A DNA stretch of 64,000 nt from an uncultured virus (IMG/VR IMGVR_UViG_3300028833_000062) (taxonomy: Duplodnaviria; Heunggongvirae; Uroviricota; Caudoviricetes). The DNA lies in the IMG/VR virus record IMGVR_UViG_3300028833_000062; one strand, 5' to 3'. The notes under the pieces were generated by a model. It had not been told where the DNA came from and made no database searches. It saw only the letters and a program-made list of their open reading frames with translations. Below are positions 9,077 through 20,491 of the stretch, one piece after another. The stretch's first letter is position 1; the number at the start of each line of letters is the position of its first letter. The translations under genes were made by a program, and so were the position numbers.

Positions 9077-9322
9077 ATGAAAAATTTAGCTACATATCTT
9101 GATGATTTCATGGAAAATGAAGAACAAGGATATTTTGAATCTTGTAAAAAAAGTAAAATATCTTGTGGCAAAATTACTGAAAAAGATTTTATGAAAGCAA
9201 ATAGAAAGGCTTCAAGAGATGAAGAAATTTCTAATCATGGTAAACCAGTAAGAATGGGAGGCCTTCATAAATCAAAGAAAAATTATTCAAGAAAAGATAA
9301 ACATAAACAGGATTATGATTAA
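9077..9322 (+). CDS. small basic protein, ArfA/BrfA-like C-terminus
   Basis: HKSKKNYSRKDKHKQDYD. Confidence 0.5.
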   Translation: MKNLATYLDDFMENEEQGYFESCKKSKISCGKITEKDFMKANRKASRDEEISNHGKPVRMGGLHKSKKNYSRKDKHKQDYD

Positions 9323-9629
9323 TATAAATTCATATATAATAGAAAAACTTCATCTTAATAAAGATACACTTAAAGAAAAAGATATAGATGAAACAGTAAT
9401 TGATTTACTTAAAGAATATGGTGAAGAACTTGATTTACATGATGCTTTAGGATATGAATTTAAAGATGAAAATGGAGATGTCATAGACTATATTTGGTAT
9501 TCTAGAGATAGTATAAGATATTCATATGAAGATAATGCAGCTGAAAGTAATGTATTAAATGATTTATATGAATTATTTACTAAAGATGAACTTACAAAAA
9601 TATATGATTTTTTAAAAGATAAAATATAA
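9315..9629 (+). CDS. putative internal head protein (capsid-targeting-like N-terminus)
   Basis: MININSYIIE|K. Confidence 0.5.
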   Translation: MININSYIIEKLHLNKDTLKEKDIDETVIDLLKEYGEELDLHDALGYEFKDENGDVIDYIWYSRDSIRYSYEDNAAESNVLNDLYELFTKDELTKIYDFLKDKI

Positions 9630-9671
9630 AAATATAAACAGAATGATTAAATAAATTCATATATATTTAAA

Positions 9672-10091
9672 ATGAAAAGTTTATTACAATTTATTAAAGA
9701 AGCAAGTGAAGAAAAAGTAGCTTCTTCAAAAAAATTAACATTCAACTTTACAGATTTTGAAGGAGCTGAAGAAACAATCAAATCTCTTCAAGAAATTGCT
9801 GATAAAGATGGTGTAAATGTAGAAATAGAAGATTCTAAAGTAACTGTAACATTAACTAAGGATAATGTTGAAAGTGCTGAAGGTGTATTTGAACTTCTTC
9901 AGGATTATATCCAATTAAGAGGTAAAGATCAAAAGAGAGCGAGTGATGAACAATATGCTCAGAAGTGTCATAAACTTGAAAGTACTCTTAATGATTGGAG
10001 AGAATTTGTAGATGATTCTCAAGAAGATGATGAAAATTCTGAAGAGGACAAAAAAGATGACAAAAAGGATGATAAAAAGGAAGAAGAATAA
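9672..10091 (+). CDS. putative internal head protein, acidic tail
   Basis: MKSLLQFIKE|A. Confidence 0.55.
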   Translation: MKSLLQFIKEASEEKVASSKKLTFNFTDFEGAEETIKSLQEIADKDGVNVEIEDSKVTVTLTKDNVESAEGVFELLQDYIQLRGKDQKRASDEQYAQKCHKLESTLNDWREFVDDSQEDDENSEEDKKDDKKDDKKEEE

Positions 10092-10093
10092 TT

Positions 10094-10411
10094 ATGAAAA
10101 ATATTACTCAATATTTAACAGAATCTAAGACAATTTCTAAAACAAATTATCAAGAATTCATTAAAAATGATGGAATGGATCAAGAACTTAGAGAATGGTA
10201 TAAAAATGAATATAAGACTGATTCTCTTGGAAATGAACTTCCAACAATGACATTTGCAGAAGTACTTGCTCAATTTTTTAATGATCTTGATAAATTTGAA
10301 AAAGAAACTTGTGCAGATGATTCAATCGTAAGAGAAAGAATATTCAAGAAACTTACAGAATTATGCAAAGTTAAATATGATAATTTTTACGATTATTGGT
10401 TACACAATTAA
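10094..10411 (+). CDS. putative internal head protein
   Basis: MKNITQYLTE|S. Confidence 0.55.
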   Translation: MKNITQYLTESKTISKTNYQEFIKNDGMDQELREWYKNEYKTDSLGNELPTMTFAEVLAQFFNDLDKFEKETCADDSIVRERIFKKLTELCKVKYDNFYDYWLHN

Positions 10412-10436
10412 ATGGTTGAGAATATTCTCAACCATT
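10411..10436. terminator. perfect 26-bp palindrome, probable terminator fused to the next promoter
   Basis: AATGGTTGAGAAT / ATTCTCAACCATT, followed by CTATATT at 10441. Confidence 0.65.
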
Positions 10437-10473
10437 ATTTCTATATTAAAATATAAATATATTTAAATTTGAT

Positions 10474-10683
10474 ATGAGTCCTAAAGATAAATATTGGTTA
10501 GTACAGGTAGAAACTGTAGAAGAAGACGAGAAAGGTAAAATTAAAAGAAATAAAGAAAAACATCTTGTTGATGCTTTCAGTGTAAAAGATGTTGAATCAA
10601 AAGTAAAACAAATGATGGAAGGTGAAACAAGAGATTGGGAAATTAAGTCAATCACAGTTCCTGGAATTATTGAAGTTTATTAA
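10474..10683 (+). CDS. DUF4494-like protein
   Basis: YWLVQV..GKIKRNKEKHLVDAFSVKDVESKV resembles the Bacteroidota DUF4494 N-domain. Confidence 0.55.
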   Translation: MSPKDKYWLVQVETVEEDEKGKIKRNKEKHLVDAFSVKDVESKVKQMMEGETRDWEIKSITVPGIIEVY

Positions 10684-10701
10684 TAATTGAAATAAATGAA
10701 T

Positions 10702-10743
10702 AAAAGAAGTATTAAAGAAATCGTTTCTTTGATACTTCTTTTT
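10702..10743. terminator. bidirectional terminator between convergent genes
   Basis: AAAAGAAGTATTAAAGAAA / TTTCTTTGATACTTCTTTT. Confidence 0.75.
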
Positions 10744-10810
10744 AGTTTTGGGACATTTTAAGGAAACTTATAACAAATATATCGTTTAAAATTTTTGATT
10801 TAAACCAGGA

Positions 10811-11203
10811 CTATTTATATAGTTTAAAGTCTAGCATAATAAATTCATTATCTATAAAACCTTCTGTCAACATATCTGCATTATCGATTGGTTTTAGAGA
10901 AGAAAAATTAAATTTTAATTTTTCAACTTTATTCTTAAAACTTTCAAATAATTCTTGATCTTCTTTATCTAAGAAATTATAAAATACATAACTGTCATCA
11001 AGTCCTTGAATATATCTGAAAGCAATACTTTTTTGTCCTTTCATATATATTGTCTTTTGTATATTAAGATATACTATGAATTCATCAATACGCATTCTGC
11101 TACTAATTTCATTATCTTCTAAAAGTTTTCTTTCTATATCAACTTTAGCAAATAAAAAATCTTCTGGAAATTCTCCAATTGTATTTATAGATATATATTT
11201 CAT
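10811..11203 (-). CDS. hypothetical protein
   Basis: 130 aa; preceded by TATTTTTA motif on the minus strand. Confidence 0.65.
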   Translation of the reverse strand: MKYISINTIGEFPEDFLFAKVDIERKLLEDNEISSRMRIDEFIVYLNIQKTIYMKGQKSIAFRYIQGLDDSYVFYNFLDKEDQELFESFKNKVEKLKFNFSSLKPIDNADMLTEGFIDNEFIMLDFKLYK

Positions 11204-11304
11204 GATTAAAAAATATTATACTTTTATATTTAAAAATATAGTTTTTATAATAAAAAATTATATAGTAAAAATTATTTTTAACTATAATATATGTTTTATT
11301 TTAA

Positions 11305-12231
11305 ATGAATAATATAGTACAAGGCAATGATGAACATAAATGGTTGAGACCATGGAATATTGAAAAATTTGATGACTTATATAATAGAGATGAAAGATTT
11401 TTCAGTATTTTAGTAAAAGGTACTCTTTCATGGTTGACATCTAATATTGTTTTATATAATAAACCTATAAATCATTTTATATTTAATACTGGTTCATCAT
11501 ATCTTTATGTTGAATCAAATGGTTATTCATTCTCTATGACTGAAACTTCTGGTGAAGATCAAATGTATATGAAAATGCCAAGATGTGTTATAGAAATAGG
11601 TGATATAAATATACCTACAGAAGAACTTTCAGCTCCTTATGTTAGAGGTGTTTATGAACGCCGTGATGGCAATGAAATAAAAGGTTATAATGGACAAATG
11701 AGAAGAATGCCAATTGAAATGTCTATGACAGCAAGATATGTATTGTCAAACTTTAATGAAAGTATGATACTTGTACAAGAAATTATAGACAAAGTTGCAT
11801 GGCAGCAATATTTTAATATCATTTACTTAGGACAAGTTATAAACTGTTCAATAGAATTAGATAATAATTATCAAATTCAAGTAAATAAAATAGATATGAC
11901 TGATCCAACAACAAATCAAAAAAATATTGAAATCCAATATAAGATTTGTTCAAATTATCCTCGTATAGATGAAAGCACAGAAGTTGAAAATAAACAATTA
12001 ATAAGTTCATTCAATACTAATTTAAATATATTTACTGATAATGACGTAAATAATACAACTGATTCAGAATCTAAAACAAATATACAGAATAATGATTCAG
12101 ATATTAATACTGGTAATAATTCAATGAGTACTGGTAATATAACAGATAATTATCAAGAAACACCAATATTACAGTATCAAAATGATACTTTATTAAAAAC
12201 AACATTTAATGAATTAAAAAAATCTCTTTAA
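11305..12231 (+). CDS. tail terminator / sheath stabiliser, T4 gp15-like
   Basis: MKMPRC..RMPIEMSMTARYVLSNFNESMILVQEII matches the gp15 P-[YI]-x-x-x-F/M..VEQI pattern. Confidence 0.6.
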   Translation: MNNIVQGNDEHKWLRPWNIEKFDDLYNRDERFFSILVKGTLSWLTSNIVLYNKPINHFIFNTGSSYLYVESNGYSFSMTETSGEDQMYMKMPRCVIEIGDINIPTEELSAPYVRGVYERRDGNEIKGYNGQMRRMPIEMSMTARYVLSNFNESMILVQEIIDKVAWQQYFNIIYLGQVINCSIELDNNYQIQVNKIDMTDPTTNQKNIEIQYKICSNYPRIDESTEVENKQLISSFNTNLNIFTDNDVNNTTDSESKTNIQNNDSDINTGNNSMSTGNITDNYQETPILQYQNDTLLKTTFNELKKSL

Positions 12232-12237
12232 TAAATA

Positions 12238-13746
12238 ATGTCACAATTAGGATATATACATAATACTTATGGTAAACAAATAAACATTGGTATAGCTAAT
12301 ACATATTCTTATAATGTTGCTTCTGGAGTTAATCTCTCTAGAAACACAATCATTATTTCTTCTAATGTAAATGAAGATGGAGATGATACAGGAACTTATT
12401 CATTGTTTATAACTGATAATAATGGTACACCAGTAAGACTTACTTATAATATATCTCAAGGAAATGGTTTATATTATTCACAACAAGGAGATTATCTTTC
12501 ATTATATATAGACAATGATACAATTATATCTGAAAATAATCAATTAAAATTTAATATTAACAATCATTTAGGAGAATCATTCTCTTATGAAAATAATAAA
12601 ATTGAATTGAATGAATTAATAATACCTAATTCTTCATATAAAAATTTTGGTATTTCAAGTATTGATAATGAAACAATAAGAAATGATGAAGATACAATAT
12701 ATGTAAATACTCAATCATTGAAATATTCAAATAATTCAACATCAACATATGGTATTGCTATTGGTGATGGTAATACAATAATTACTGAAAATGGTAAAAT
12801 TTTAGTAAATATTGAATCATTTGATAAAGCAAATAATGAAACTTTTGGATTTATTAAAGGAGATAATAATACAATTGATATTAAAGATGGTATTATTTCA
12901 GTTGTTACTAAAAACCTAAATCTTGGTACTTCTAAAAATCAAGGAATAGCAAAACCTGATAACAATACAATAATATTCAATGATAAAAAGCAAATAACTG
13001 TAAATGAAAATAATTTAAATATTGCAACACCATCATCATATGGTTTATCAAAAATTGATATAAATACAATATCAATAAAAGATAATAAAATTTCAATGAA
13101 AGATTATGATGATATTAAATCATCAATATTAAATTATAAAAATGAATATATCAGTTATGTAAATGAATATAAAAGTTTAAATGAATACTTAAAATCTGGT
13201 AATGTTTTATTAAGAGATAAAAATATTCAGTTATTTAGTATCAATGAAAAATCTGTAACTGAACTTAGTAAACCTAAAAAGGATGAAGAAGTTATTAATA
13301 TGGAAACTCAATATGTATCTATAGAGTTTAATATAATAACAACATGCGATTTTATAATGAATATACATTTTGAAGAAGGAACAAATGAATTCCCAAATGT
13401 TGATATTGTAGAAGTTAATTATAATACTAAAAAAATATATACAAGAGAAGAAGCATTAAATCCTAAAACAGTATATCCTTCAACAAATGGAGAACTTATG
13501 AAATTTATTGTAAAATTATCAGCAAAGAATTTTAGAAATTCAACAAAAGGACAATCATTAGTAACATCAATAAACTTTATAATTTCAAATGCTGAAGATC
13601 ATAATAAACAGAAAAATGAAAAATATTCAATTATAAGATATAATTCATTATATAAAGAAAAAACTAATGAAGATTCAACTAAAAATGAAAATTCAAATAG
13701 TGTATATGTTTTAAAGAGTGATAATATAACATGGTCATTCATTTAA
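12238..13746 (+). CDS. tail-fibre-like repeat protein, paralog 1
   Basis: Shared N-domain (GxPVRLTY..GNGL) plus ~38-aa NLxxA..[YF]GIxxxDxxTI repeats. Confidence 0.65.
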   Translation: MSQLGYIHNTYGKQINIGIANTYSYNVASGVNLSRNTIIISSNVNEDGDDTGTYSLFITDNNGTPVRLTYNISQGNGLYYSQQGDYLSLYIDNDTIISENNQLKFNINNHLGESFSYENNKIELNELIIPNSSYKNFGISSIDNETIRNDEDTIYVNTQSLKYSNNSTSTYGIAIGDGNTIITENGKILVNIESFDKANNETFGFIKGDNNTIDIKDGIISVVTKNLNLGTSKNQGIAKPDNNTIIFNDKKQITVNENNLNIATPSSYGLSKIDINTISIKDNKISMKDYDDIKSSILNYKNEYISYVNEYKSLNEYLKSGNVLLRDKNIQLFSINEKSVTELSKPKKDEEVINMETQYVSIEFNIITTCDFIMNIHFEEGTNEFPNVDIVEVNYNTKKIYTREEALNPKTVYPSTNGELMKFIVKLSAKNFRNSTKGQSLVTSINFIISNAEDHNKQKNEKYSIIRYNSLYKEKTNEDSTKNENSNSVYVLKSDNITWSFI

Positions 13747-13770
13747 AGATAAATAAATTTAATTAATAAA

Positions 13771-16700
13771 ATGGCATTTGTACCTTATCATAATGAGATA
13801 GAAAATTCTAGTGAGTTAGAATACTCTAGAAATCCTGAAGAATATATTATCATAGAAGATAATGATAATATTTTTACAGTAACTTTACATTTAAAAGATG
13901 GAAATAATGATATTAAATATAATAATACTGGTATAAATAATATAACATTTAATAATGTTTCTTTATATTATAATACTAGTAATAATTATAAATATGATGT
14001 AGATTCAACATCAACAAGAATAGAATATAGTATTTCAACTGATGGTACTAAATATAAAAGTGCATCAGGAAGATTATTATGTAGACAAGAATGTGAACAT
14101 AATATTTCTTTAACAAAAATATATCATTATCAATTTATTGTAAAAAATATTAATGATATAACAACTAATAATCTAGTATTTACTAATAATTCTGATACTA
14201 ATGCAAGATCATTAATACAAAAACAATCAAATAATACAGTAATAAATTATTATACAACAGCAATATCAATTAGTTTAGAAATTAATAAAGCTGGATATGA
14301 AAAATATAATAGTGGTAATATATCAGGTACATTTGGGATAAATAGTAATTCTATAATTAATACAACAATAACACCAGTAACTTTAGAAAAAGAAGAAACA
14401 CAAGTTACTGTTCATGAATATTATTTTAATATTTTATATAATGAAACACAATTATCACAAAATAAATATAATATAACTATTGATGATAAAACACAATCAG
14501 ATTTAAAATATTATGAATCACAAAATAATAAAATAGAATATACTATACAATTTAATTCTGATATAATTAATTATACTTCTATTTCTGGTTCATTAAATGC
14601 TACTATTAATAATGAATTAAATTTAGATTTATATAATATTACTGATATTGAATATAAATTTACTATAGAAGTATATGATAGTAATACAAATAAACTAATA
14701 AAAACAATAAATAATGATAATTGTAAAATAAATACTGAAATACCTCTTGGTAATGCTAATATTAATAATGAATATTATATAATTAATGATATTGATTTAG
14801 GAACATATAAAATTACTAATAATGATATATATAATTTATTAATTAATAATTTATCTACAATAAAAATATATAAAAATTTATCTGAATATACAGTAAATAT
14901 AGAATATAATCCTATTGATATAAATGAAATAACAGATAAAATAAATGTATATAAAGATAAAACTGATACAGAACCATTAGAATATAAAATTGATTATTAT
15001 ATTACAAATGAAAATAATAATGAAATAGAAGAAACAGTTAAATATAATGAAACTATATATATAAATTCTAAAGATGAAAATTATTCATCTAAAGAAGTTC
15101 GTGTATCTATTATATTAGAAAATGATGATCAATATCCTATAGTTTTAAGAAAGGGTAAAAAGCAGTTTTCTAATGAAACATATTGTTTCCCTTGGTATAT
15201 TGATGAAATAAATGTTCATTATCAATTAAGAGATAAATTAACATCTAATATTAAAGAATTCTCTGAAAAAATTAAAACATTTATTTATGATAATAAAGAT
15301 TGTAAATCTTCTGAAGAAAAGAGTTTAATAAAAGAAGGACAAAATGAAGCTAATAATGTAGTAGAAGCATCTAAATTTTATATCAGAAGAAAAGAAACAA
15401 TTGATAATAAACCATATAATTTTGTAATACCTCTTTATAAGCAGGTATATCCTAATTATATGTTATTTAGAAATGATGATAATTCATTAATAAATATACA
15501 TAAATATAAAAATTCTTATATAAATATATTATATAGAACAGATCAAAATGAATATAGTAATTTAAATGATAATTATAATATTGATAGTAATACAATTAGT
15601 ATTAATTCTAATGAAGACATTACATATAATGATGGATATAATACATTAAAATTTAATAGTGATTGTATTAGTAATGATATAAATGATAATGGTATATCTG
15701 GAAGTATATTAATATGTCCAAATAAGTATGATAATGATCAATCATCAGATGAATATAAACATAAAGATGTATTAGGATTAAAATATAATGTAATAGTTAA
15801 TAATGAAAATATTACTGGATATAATTTCAATACAGAAATAGGATATGTATTATATAATACAGATGGTAAATATAATTATTCATTTGGTGATAATAAATAT
15901 ACATTTAGTTATAATAGTATAATAACAACACATAATATTTCAGATAATAATATAAATGATATTTATCCAAATATTAAAATAACAAATTATAATATATCTG
16001 TAGAAAAAGATAAAATAACTATATCTGACTATAATTTAGAAGGTGATAACAATTATAAAACATTTAATATAAGTTATGAAAATACAGATGATTTTATAGG
16101 AATTTCAGGACAATTTGATAAAACAGTATATACATATTTATATCCTGAAATAATATATAATAATTCATCATTTACATATTCTAATAATGGTACTATATCA
16201 TATTCTGTAAAAATTTCAGATGATAATTCTGACTATAATAGCAATGGATTTAATGATGAAAATTTAAGAAATAATACTAAAGAAATTAAATATATTATAA
16301 CATCTAAAAAAACAGATTATAACTATAATCCTAATATAAATTATAGTGACAATGATAATCATTATAAGTTAGAAAATAATAATATAACATATAATGGTAG
16401 GATATCATTAGAAAATTTAGATAGTGGAAATTCTAAGATAAGATATAATTTTTATAAATATAATACTCAATTTAATGAAAATGATCATCCACATATAGGA
16501 AATAATTCATTAACTAATCAAACAAATAATGATGATTATATATTTATAAAAACAGAAGATAATAAATATTTTTCATATATTAAAAGATATATATCAGATA
16601 ATGAACAAATAAAATTTTATAAAGATACAAATAATATTAATAGTCCATATTATATATCTGATAATATTGAAACTATATATAATGATAATAATACTGATAG

Positions 16701-19491
16701 ACAGATATCATATTCTATAGAAGATAAATATGGTAGTGAAGATTTTTATTATACTAATAATAATTTTACATTAACTAATAAGAAAGTATCAAATGATTAT
16801 AATATATTATATTTTATTTATACTTTAGAAAAGGATAATAATATATATATGTCTTCTAAAAAGAACTTTAATACAAATTTATTTATTAATACTATTAAAT
16901 ATAATAATTCTCCAGGTTATGATACATTATCTAATATATTAAATAGTGATTTTGATGAGGAGTGTAAATGTATTAATATAGAAAATAATATCTTAAAAAA
17001 ATCTACAAAGATTGATAGTATTATAGATCAATATAAATATACAAGTAATCCAATTATAGAAAAAAGATATGATTGGGATTCACAATTCAGTTATAGTTTA
17101 GTTGATTTTAAGAATTATTTAAATACTATTAATTTAAGTGATACTATAAATACAATATTAGATAGTAATTTTAGCAAAGATAATATCAGTGATAATATTA
17201 TATTATCTAATTATCTTAATATAAATAGTATCGAAAATTATAATAGTAGGTATATTTATACATATGAACAAGGACAATATTATAGTGGTTACTTTAGAGA
17301 TTATATTAGTGATATTAGCTTACATACAAATGAACTTACATATTTAGATAATGCTTATACAGTTTTAGATAAATTTAATCAAAACATATCTCAATTATGT
17401 AGTAATTCAAATGTTCAACTTTCTAAGTTATCATCTGATAATTTATCTATTAAACAATTTGAAGAAATAACTATTGATGAAAATATTATTAATGGACAAA
17501 ACAAATTGGATGAATTATTATGTATAAATAATTATGAAAATAATGTTGTAGACTTATATAATACATATTTTGGAGTAAATTATACTATTAATGATTTAAA
17601 AATTAATACTAAAATAAATAATAATTATACAAAACAAAATAATACATATAGTGATTATATAGATATAAAAAATAATATAGATAGTATTAAATCAAATTTA
17701 TTTAGTTTTTATACATATACTAATCTTAGTAGTATACCAAGACAAGATGATATTGTTTATGAACTAAATAATAATTCATATAGTATAGTTAATGATCATA
17801 ATAGTATTAATGATGAAAATTATAATACATATTATATTAGAAATGAAGTTAATTCATATTTTGATAAAGAAATAATTAGTAAAGATATTAGTGATTTTAT
17901 ATTATCTACTGATATATATACTTATCAATATAATGGATATTATTATGAAATTAGTAGATCTGTAAAAGAAAATTATGATAATAATATTAATGAATTATAT
18001 AGTAATGAATATAGTGAAGAAAATAATTTAGATAATTTAAATAATATATATAATGAATTATATAATGTCAATGATATTGAAACTACATATACTTATGTAA
18101 AAAATTATATATATAATCAATTAAATATTTTAAATACATCATATAGTGATGATAATAGTAATATAAATAATTATAATAGTGCAATAAATAATATTAATAA
18201 TATATTTATATTTAATATAAAAACAAATTATAATAAAATTAATGAATCATTAGATGAATATAAATTTTATGAAAATATATCAAATAACCAAAAATTTTAT
18301 AGTATAGATGATGTATTTGTTCAGACAAATAATATAAATAAAATATCTTATTTTAAAACTAATTTTAATGATTATTATAAAACAGTAAATGTTTATAGAT
18401 TATTATTTAGAGCATATTTATATAATGTATATAGCTCATCAGATACTAATAAAACTAATATTCAAAAAGAAATTTTAAAAAATAATTCTGAGTTATTTTA
18501 TAATTATTGGTTAAATTATATTTATGTTAATAAAAAGCATTTAACTGATGAATTTTATATAAAAGCCTCAGGAAATCAAACAATAAATATTAATACAAAT
18601 GATATTGATAGTTTATTAAATAGACAATATACATTAAAGTGTGATAAAACATCTAAAACAAATATTTATTACTTTGATGATGATATGTATAATTCATTAA
18701 TAAATTCTAATATTTCTATAAAATATAAAATTAATAATGATGAACCTGAATTTTTTAATGGAGTAATTAATTATAAAGAGAATAAAACAGGAAAAATTAA
18801 ATTCTCATTATATAATCGTGACTTATTTATTAAAGATATAGATGTTATAAATAATAATATTAGAACATATTTTGATATTAATAATTCTGATAATTCTATT
18901 AATTTAACAATAACACAAGGTATAAAATTATTAAAATTAGAATTTAATATTGAAATTAATGAAATAGATATATCTGGAACAAATTATAAATTTAAATTAT
19001 TATATAGTATATTTAATAATGAAACTCAATATCAACCTCAAGAAATTAATATAGCATCACATAAAATTATAAAAAATATAAATATTCCAAATAATATACA
19101 AAAGTCAGTATATATTATATCATATAGATTAAAGATGTATAATAAATATAATGAAGAAGATTATGTTTATAGTAAAATATATAATAAGATATTTTATTAT
19201 AATGAGGATATATATGAATATAAGATAGAGAATGATTCTGATAAAATAAAAAATGATAAGATTGTTGATGTTAAATTATTATTGGATTATAATAAAAATA
19301 GTAATCATACATATTTTGTTGGATTTGCTGAAAATAATAGTAATACTAATAGTATTAAATTTTCATATATAACTAAATATAATGATAGTTATTATGCTCC
19401 ACAATTAACAGGAAAATTTGAATTAGGTAAATCATATCCTAAGTATAATTTTATTGATAATAATATAAAAGAAGTTGTAAAATATGAGTAA
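13771..19491 (+). CDS. very large Asn/Tyr-rich putative virion protein
   Basis: 1906 aa uninterrupted ORF within the fibre cluster. Confidence 0.7.
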   Translation: MAFVPYHNEIENSSELEYSRNPEEYIIIEDNDNIFTVTLHLKDGNNDIKYNNTGINNITFNNVSLYYNTSNNYKYDVDSTSTRIEYSISTDGTKYKSASGRLLCRQECEHNISLTKIYHYQFIVKNINDITTNNLVFTNNSDTNARSLIQKQSNNTVINYYTTAISISLEINKAGYEKYNSGNISGTFGINSNSIINTTITPVTLEKEETQVTVHEYYFNILYNETQLSQNKYNITIDDKTQSDLKYYESQNNKIEYTIQFNSDIINYTSISGSLNATINNELNLDLYNITDIEYKFTIEVYDSNTNKLIKTINNDNCKINTEIPLGNANINNEYYIINDIDLGTYKITNNDIYNLLINNLSTIKIYKNLSEYTVNIEYNPIDINEITDKINVYKDKTDTEPLEYKIDYYITNENNNEIEETVKYNETIYINSKDENYSSKEVRVSIILENDDQYPIVLRKGKKQFSNETYCFPWYIDEINVHYQLRDKLTSNIKEFSEKIKTFIYDNKDCKSSEEKSLIKEGQNEANNVVEASKFYIRRKETIDNKPYNFVIPLYKQVYPNYMLFRNDDNSLINIHKYKNSYINILYRTDQNEYSNLNDNYNIDSNTISINSNEDITYNDGYNTLKFNSDCISNDINDNGISGSILICPNKYDNDQSSDEYKHKDVLGLKYNVIVNNENITGYNFNTEIGYVLYNTDGKYNYSFGDNKYTFSYNSIITTHNISDNNINDIYPNIKITNYNISVEKDKITISDYNLEGDNNYKTFNISYENTDDFIGISGQFDKTVYTYLYPEIIYNNSSFTYSNNGTISYSVKISDDNSDYNSNGFNDENLRNNTKEIKYIITSKKTDYNYNPNINYSDNDNHYKLENNNITYNGRISLENLDSGNSKIRYNFYKYNTQFNENDHPHIGNNSLTNQTNNDDYIFIKTEDNKYFSYIKRYISDNEQIKFYKDTNNINSPYYISDNIETIYNDNNTDRQISYSIEDKYGSEDFYYTNNNFTLTNKKVSNDYNILYFIYTLEKDNNIYMSSKKNFNTNLFINTIKYNNSPGYDTLSNILNSDFDEECKCINIENNILKKSTKIDSIIDQYKYTSNPIIEKRYDWDSQFSYSLVDFKNYLNTINLSDTINTILDSNFSKDNISDNIILSNYLNINSIENYNSRYIYTYEQGQYYSGYFRDYISDISLHTNELTYLDNAYTVLDKFNQNISQLCSNSNVQLSKLSSDNLSIKQFEEITIDENIINGQNKLDELLCINNYENNVVDLYNTYFGVNYTINDLKINTKINNNYTKQNNTYSDYIDIKNNIDSIKSNLFSFYTYTNLSSIPRQDDIVYELNNNSYSIVNDHNSINDENYNTYYIRNEVNSYFDKEIISKDISDFILSTDIYTYQYNGYYYEISRSVKENYDNNINELYSNEYSEENNLDNLNNIYNELYNVNDIETTYTYVKNYIYNQLNILNTSYSDDNSNINNYNSAINNINNIFIFNIKTNYNKINESLDEYKFYENISNNQKFYSIDDVFVQTNNINKISYFKTNFNDYYKTVNVYRLLFRAYLYNVYSSSDTNKTNIQKEILKNNSELFYNYWLNYIYVNKKHLTDEFYIKASGNQTININTNDIDSLLNRQYTLKCDKTSKTNIYYFDDDMYNSLINSNISIKYKINNDEPEFFNGVINYKENKTGKIKFSLYNRDLFIKDIDVINNNIRTYFDINNSDNSINLTITQGIKLLKLEFNIEINEIDISGTNYKFKLLYSIFNNETQYQPQEINIASHKIIKNINIPNNIQKSVYIISYRLKMYNKYNEEDYVYSKIYNKIFYYNEDIYEYKIENDSDKIKNDKIVDVKLLLDYNKNSNHTYFVGFAENNSNTNSIKFSYITKYNDSYYAPQLTGKFELGKSYPKYNFIDNNIKEVVKYE

Positions 19492-20446
19492 ATTAGGTAA
19501 TATATATTTATCATATGGACATCAATTTAATATTGGTGTATCTAATACATATTCATATAATATTCTTTCTGGTAATAATTTACCAAAAAATATTATAGTT
19601 ATATCTTCTCCAATAGATGATGAAAATAATGATATTGGTACATATTCATTGATGTGTACTGATTCATTAGGAAATCCTGTTAGATTAACATATTCTATAA
19701 AGGAAGGTAATGGATTATTTGTAGATAATGATGTATTATATTTAAATATTGATAATGAAACTATAAAGAATTCAAATGGATTATATATAGATTTATCAAC
19801 TATATATAGTGATATAGTTTTAAATGAAAATAATATATTACATATTGATAATGATAAATTATCTGTTATTTCACAGTCTTCAAGAGGAGTATCTAAAGGA
19901 GATAATAATACTATAAAAAATGATGAAGGAATGTTATATGTTGATACTGAAAATTTACAGTATTCTAATAATTCAACATCAACATATGGTATTATAACTT
20001 CTAGTGATGATAAAATATTAATAAATAATGGAGTATTATCATTAAACCAAGATAATTTAAATAAAGCTTCTAATGAAGAATATGGAATATGTCATGGTGA
20101 TGAAACAACAGTTTCAGTTATAAATGGTAAATTACAAGTAAATACAAAAAATTTAATAAAGGCATCAGAATCAAATTATGGTATAATAGATATAGATGGT
20201 AATAAAATTTTATCAAATGATGGTTTATTAAGTATTAATACTGATAATTTAAATATTGGAGATAATAATAATATAGGAGTTATTGATATTGATAATTCTA
20301 CAATAGTATTAAATGATAATAATCAAATAACAATATCTTATTATGATAATATTATTAAAGATATTGATGATTTAAGAAATGACTTAAATAGTTATATTAT
20401 TGGTTTAGATAAAATGAAAGAAGACATTTTATCCAAAATAAGTTAA
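19484..20446 (+). CDS. tail-fibre-like repeat protein, paralog 2
   Basis: Same N-domain and repeats; ends after a coiled coil. Confidence 0.65.
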   Translation: MSKLGNIYLSYGHQFNIGVSNTYSYNILSGNNLPKNIIVISSPIDDENNDIGTYSLMCTDSLGNPVRLTYSIKEGNGLFVDNDVLYLNIDNETIKNSNGLYIDLSTIYSDIVLNENNILHIDNDKLSVISQSSRGVSKGDNNTIKNDEGMLYVDTENLQYSNNSTSTYGIITSSDDKILINNGVLSLNQDNLNKASNEEYGICHGDETTVSVINGKLQVNTKNLIKASESNYGIIDIDGNKILSNDGLLSINTDNLNIGDNNNIGVIDIDNSTIVLNDNNQITISYYDNIIKDIDDLRNDLNSYIIGLDKMKEDILSKIS

Positions 20447-20491
20447 GAATAAATCATATTTTTATATATAGAAAGATAATTAAAATAATAT

